Assembly (NCBI RefSeq): GCF_048593235.1 | Contig: NC_133618.1 | Span: 29,050,478-29,114,477, forward strand | Length of the DNA: 64,000 bases | Source: Sminthopsis crassicaudata | Lineage: Eukaryota | Direction: 5' to 3' | Shown here: positions 59,358 through 64,000 of the stretch, one piece after another | Position numbering within the stretch: position 1 is the first letter of the stretch | How the letters are laid out: each line of letters starts with the position of its first letter | The notes under the pieces: generated by a model | Databases searched by the model: none | What the model saw: only the letters and a program-made list of their open reading frames with translations | What the model was told of the DNA's origin: nothing | Program-made: the position numbers and the translations under genes

Positions 59358-62261
59358 TCATAGTACCAAGTCTCACCCAATAGCCCAGAACCCAAAAGCT
59401 ACTTGATGAATGCTTGGTATTTAGGGGAAAAAAACAAAACAACAAAAAAAAAAAAGAAAAAAAAAAGAAAAGAAAAAAAAAATGAGGTATCTTTTTTCCT
59501 CTCCATCCCTCAGCCAGGGATGATATTTTTCCTATTTCTGAGGTTGCTATTTTCCTATGAGAAATTACTTTTTAAAATAGCCTATTTTTTAAACTAAAAG
59601 AGCATGGCAGAGCCTAGTGTTCTCATGAGAAAAAAACAGTACCAGAGCCAAGAACTTCAGCCAGAGTCGAAAGTGAGAAGCAAAGGTTTCCAAGTGCCAG
59701 GAAGAATGTGGCAGTCCATATCAATCAAGGAAGCATCTGATAGAAACTAATATTCGGGAGCAGAGTGTGGCAAAGGCCAATGGGGAACAAACCTGCCGGG
59801 AAGAGCATGATGACATCACTAAGGGATTTCCTTGGCCCTGTGCTCCAGGAAACTTTGGTTATTCATTAATTTTTGTTCCAGTTTCACCAATTCCCAGGGC
59901 CACAAGGCCACCACTCTCTGTAGGGCTAATCTGAAGACATGTGTTCCACTTGCTTAGCCTGAAAGCAGTCCAGTATCTAGAGAAGGGCACAGCAGTTGAT
60001 CTTTCAACATAACAAGTATCTCTTCACCTTTACAAATGATTTCTATATCATGTTCCTGTTGCTAAGATACTTGTACATTTGGGGGAGGAATTTACCCAGA
60101 CTTAGGACTTAAAGTGGTTCATTACCCCCCACTTTTTATCTGTGTTCTCTAATGAAATGCCTTTGCTTTACTAATAATTGGGCAAGGGCTCATAAATGAT
60201 GCTTTTCTTAGTGTTATACCCCCAGAACACCTTGAACCAAGGGGATCCTTCTTAGGGAAATTCTCCCTGGGAATTGGGATGTGCCTCCAAGCACTACACT
60301 TGGGTGATGGAAGGGATATTCAGAAAGATGGCAGAAGACAAGAATGAGACTCCAACTCTATGCATTTTCTTTGGTTGTCCTCCTTGTCTGGAAGTCTCTC
60401 CCTCTTCCTTCCCTCTCCAAGCTTTCCTGGCTTTCTTCAAGTCCTAGATAAAATGCCATGTTCTTCAAACAGGTTTTCCTTCCTCCCTCTAACTTTCCTG
60501 CCTCTGGTCTGTTAGTTGCCCCCAAATTTACCTGCAGGTAAGTTATTTCAAAATTTTAGTTTGCAATAAACAAATTCTCCTTTGCTGCATTAAAGTGTGG
60601 AGTTGTTGAGAGCTCGGATAGGAAATGACATTTCTTAATGCTTGGGTCATTAACCAAAGTATCAGTTGAGGAAATTCATACCAGAGGAAGCAGCCATTTT
60701 TTTTTTCCTCACCACAGGAATCTGTCTTAACACAAGTTGGATTAGATGACTTCTAAGGTCTCCTAATATAGTGAGAGTCCTTGATTCTTAGTCTTTACTC
60801 CCAACTAAATATTTCCATTTTGCTCACCTGTTCCTACGGTTTTGTTTTTTGTTTTTTTTTTTGGTCCTTCTTATCATCCTTGCCTACCCACACCCAGCAA
60901 CCTTAATCTCTCTCTTAGAATACCAACAATATTGAAGATGTATGAAGGTCCTTGTCACCAAAGTCTTTGCCTAGACATCTAGGGTTCAACAGCTGAAATT
61001 TTTTCAGGAGAAAGGACATGAAAGGAGAATCTTAGCCATCCTTTTTGTTTCTGCACCTCATTGACCCTGGAAAGTTTCCAGATGATAAGATGACCTTTCT
61101 AGGGCATCTTCTCCTTCCAGAATGGGAACGCCTTGAAAGGAGGGGCTTTCTAGCTTTTTGGTTGGTCAGTGTTGATGAAACATGATGCTTTGTATATATT
61201 GAATGCTTAATGAGCACTTTTTCATTCATTTATTCCAAAAACCTCAAGAACTGAGGGATTAAGAGCAGTGTCAGGAACTCAAATGTACATGTGCAGCTCA
61301 AACCTAAAGGAACGTTCACCAACTTGAGTTTTCCTTCTGTGTGTAAGCCCAATTTCTACCATGGATTCACTTTCAGCAGCTAGGGCCACAAAAAATAAAA
61401 GGACAGAAGAAGGAGGCAGGGACAGGACTCAACAATCCAGCCATTGTGAGTCTCCAGGATCTTACCTGGATTTTAATGCCCACCTTGTCTCTTATACTAA
61501 ACAAAGACCCTCCCAATAAAACCTCAAAATGCAGTTGGAAATTAAACAAATGTGAGGACTTTTCCTCCCTCATCATGCATACTTTTTTTCAGAAGGAATA
61601 AGGAAATATTTCAAGAAAACTGAATATATGTATATATATGAATATAAATATTATATATATATATAAATATGTACACATCCACATGTATGCATAAATACAT
61701 ACATTTGTACCTAAAATAATCCACCAGGGTATCCTCCTTACTTGTATGTTAAACAATACTTACCTGTTAAACCACTACTTGACTCATTGCCATATTCAAC
61801 TTCATTACCCTAAGTTCCATATTGATCCACTGGTATGTCTTTATAATGATTTGTTTATTAACAAAAATTGGAATCTCTCATTAACTACTCAATTTGCTCC
61901 AAGGCCATCTCTCCAGTTTATTTTATGTTATTTTTAGTAAACTTTAGAAATCTCCCCTTTCCCATAAGCAGTTTCTCCTGTCTCCATAAATAATACAGTT
62001 CAAAATCTGATAACCTTCTAGAAGCATTTATGATCATTTGATACAACTTGCTAGCTACCAAATCCAGTAATAACAAGACATAAATATGATTTAAAATTTT
62101 CAACCCTAAAAAAGGTCACTGAGTCATGTATACCACTTTATATTATTTCTGATCATGATTCTCCTCACTTCTGGACCAAGCGCTATCATTCATCCTCTCC
62201 AGATACTTGCTTATGTCTCTCAAGAATCCTCTTTTTTTGTTCCTATTTAAGGGTGAAATTA

Positions 62262-63180
62262 TATTTTTTATTAAAGATTTTTATTTTTAAAACATGTGCA
62301 TGGATAATTTTCAACATTCACCCTTGCAAAACCTTGTGTTCCAAATTTTTTCTCCCTTCCTTCTCCCCATCCCCTTCCCTACACAGCAAGTCATCTAATA
62401 TATGTTAAACATGCAATTCTTCTATACATATTTCTACAATTATTATACTGTACCAGAAAAATCAGATCAAAAAGAAAAAAATGAGAAAGAAAACAAAATG
62501 CAAGCAAACAACAACAAAAAGAGTGAGAATGTTATGTTGTGGTCCATATTCAGTTCTCACGGTTCTCTCTCTGGCTGCAGATGGCTCTCTCATCACAAGA
62601 TCATTGGAACTGGTCCAATCATCTTGTTGTTGAAAAGAGCCACATGCATCAGAACTGCTCATGGTATAAACTTGCTGTTCCCATTTACAGTAATCTCCTG
62701 GTTCTGCTCCTTTTACTTAGCATGAGGTCTTGTAAGTCTCTACAGGCCTTTCTGAAATCCTCCTGCTGGTCATTTCTTACAGAACGATAATATTCCATAA
62801 CCATATACCACAATTTACCCAACCATTCTCCAATTGATGGGCATCCCCAGAGTTTCCAGTTTATTGCCACTACAGAAAGTGCTGCCACAAACATTTTTGT
62901 ACATATGGGTCCCCTTCCCTCCTTTAAGATCTCTTTGGGATACAGGCCCAGTAGTAACACTGCCGGATCAAAGGGGATGCACAGTTTGATAGCCCTTTGA
63001 GCATAGTTCCAAATTGCTCTCAGAATGGTTGGGTCCATTCGCAACTGCACCAACAATGTATCAGTGTCCCAATCTTCCCACATCTCCTCCAATATTCATC
63101 ATTATCTTTTCCTGTCATCTTAGCTATTCTAAGAGATGTATAGTGGTATTTCAGAGTTGTCTTAATTTGCATTTCTCTCC
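62262..63180 (-). mobile_element. Old L1 3' fragment
   Basis: ORF 62685-63092 (RAIWNYAQRAIKLCIPFDP...MEYYRSVRNDQQ) plus 3'UTR. Confidence 0.9.
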
Positions 63181-64000
63181 AAAGCACCTTTTCATAAATA
63201 ATAAATATAAATAATAAAAAACAAAATCTTTAGCTCTGAAAAAGGTCAATGAGTAATGTTTACTTCTTCACAATATTTCTGATCATGGCTTCTCCTCACC
63301 CCTGAATCAAAGCCCTATCATTCATCTTCCCCAGATACTTGCTTGTGTCTCTCAAGAATCCTCATCTTCTTTACTCCTATATAAGGGTGAAAGCTCTCTA
63401 AGGGAGGAGTTCTTTCTCTTCTTTTAAACTCTCTCTAGCCATGATAAGATTCTTTCTCTTTTCACAATTGCTTCTAAGAATGTCAGATTGTTAATGTCTA
63501 ATATTCCAAAATTAACTAAAAATATATTAACAGTCTCTATACTCTGCAAGACAGTTTTAGAAATTGTGTTACCCTGGAAAAGTGAACACTAGTGAGCAAG
63601 GAAGAAAAGAGAGGTCATAGGTTGTAAATGGCAGGAAGACACATAGCTACTGCAAAGAGAAAGTGAATTGGTGCCCAAAGGGAGGGAGATCTATCCCTAA
63701 ATGTGCAGTAATATTACAAAGAGAGTTAGTCAGCATGGAAGAAAGCGTTGCCTCCAGAGTGAGGAACATTTGAGTTCCAATTCTGCTTCAGACCTGAATT
63801 TGCTGGGGATGTCATTTAACTTTTCTCATCCTTAGGAAAAGTAGGACGATAATATCACCTCCTTCAGAGAATTGTTGCGACACTTAAGGAGATGGTTGTA
63901 AAGTGTTTCCCAAACCTGACATCTCTATATAAATTCTGGATTAGGCTAAACTCCTTCCTGTGATAAAAGGGAAGGCCCACCTGCTGTGCTTGGAATCTGG

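Noticed and set aside
1-64000. CRISPR arrays, rRNA/tRNA genes, prokaryotic operons
   Set aside because: Mammalian genomic DNA; tRNA-like boxes belong to SINEs and no such arrays were seen.

Overview
Eukaryotic, intron-containing, repeat-rich DNA from a marsupial. CORE-type SINEs (WSINE1/MAR1-like) and marsupial-type L1s suggest an Australian, possibly dasyurid, species (inference). Two scaffold gaps. Four intact genes were reconstructed by hand with GT-AG junctions and consistent phases, alongside one single-coding-exon gene: a NAT8/camello N-acetyltransferase (+, 5466-6134), TPRKB (-, 4 coding exons, 175 aa), a type II C-type lectin with a CLEC4F-type QPD galactose CRD but a langerin/CD207-like first exon (-, 7 exons, ~391 aa), and two REG-family (lithostathine-like) secreted lectins (-, 176 aa and ~170 aa). 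Two broken REG paralogues lie between the intact ones, making a birth-and-death tandem array. Most notable: (i) TPRKB, the CLEC4F/CD207-like gene and the REG array are immediate neighbours, whereas they are megabases apart in human; (ii) the CLEC4F/langerin mosaic; (iii) REG genes with REG3-type leaders but REG1-type lectin domains and positionally conserved STAT sites; (iv) an intronic inverted repeat bracketing exon 5 of one REG gene. Identity figures are by-eye estimates. Human reference details are from memory and need database confirmation.
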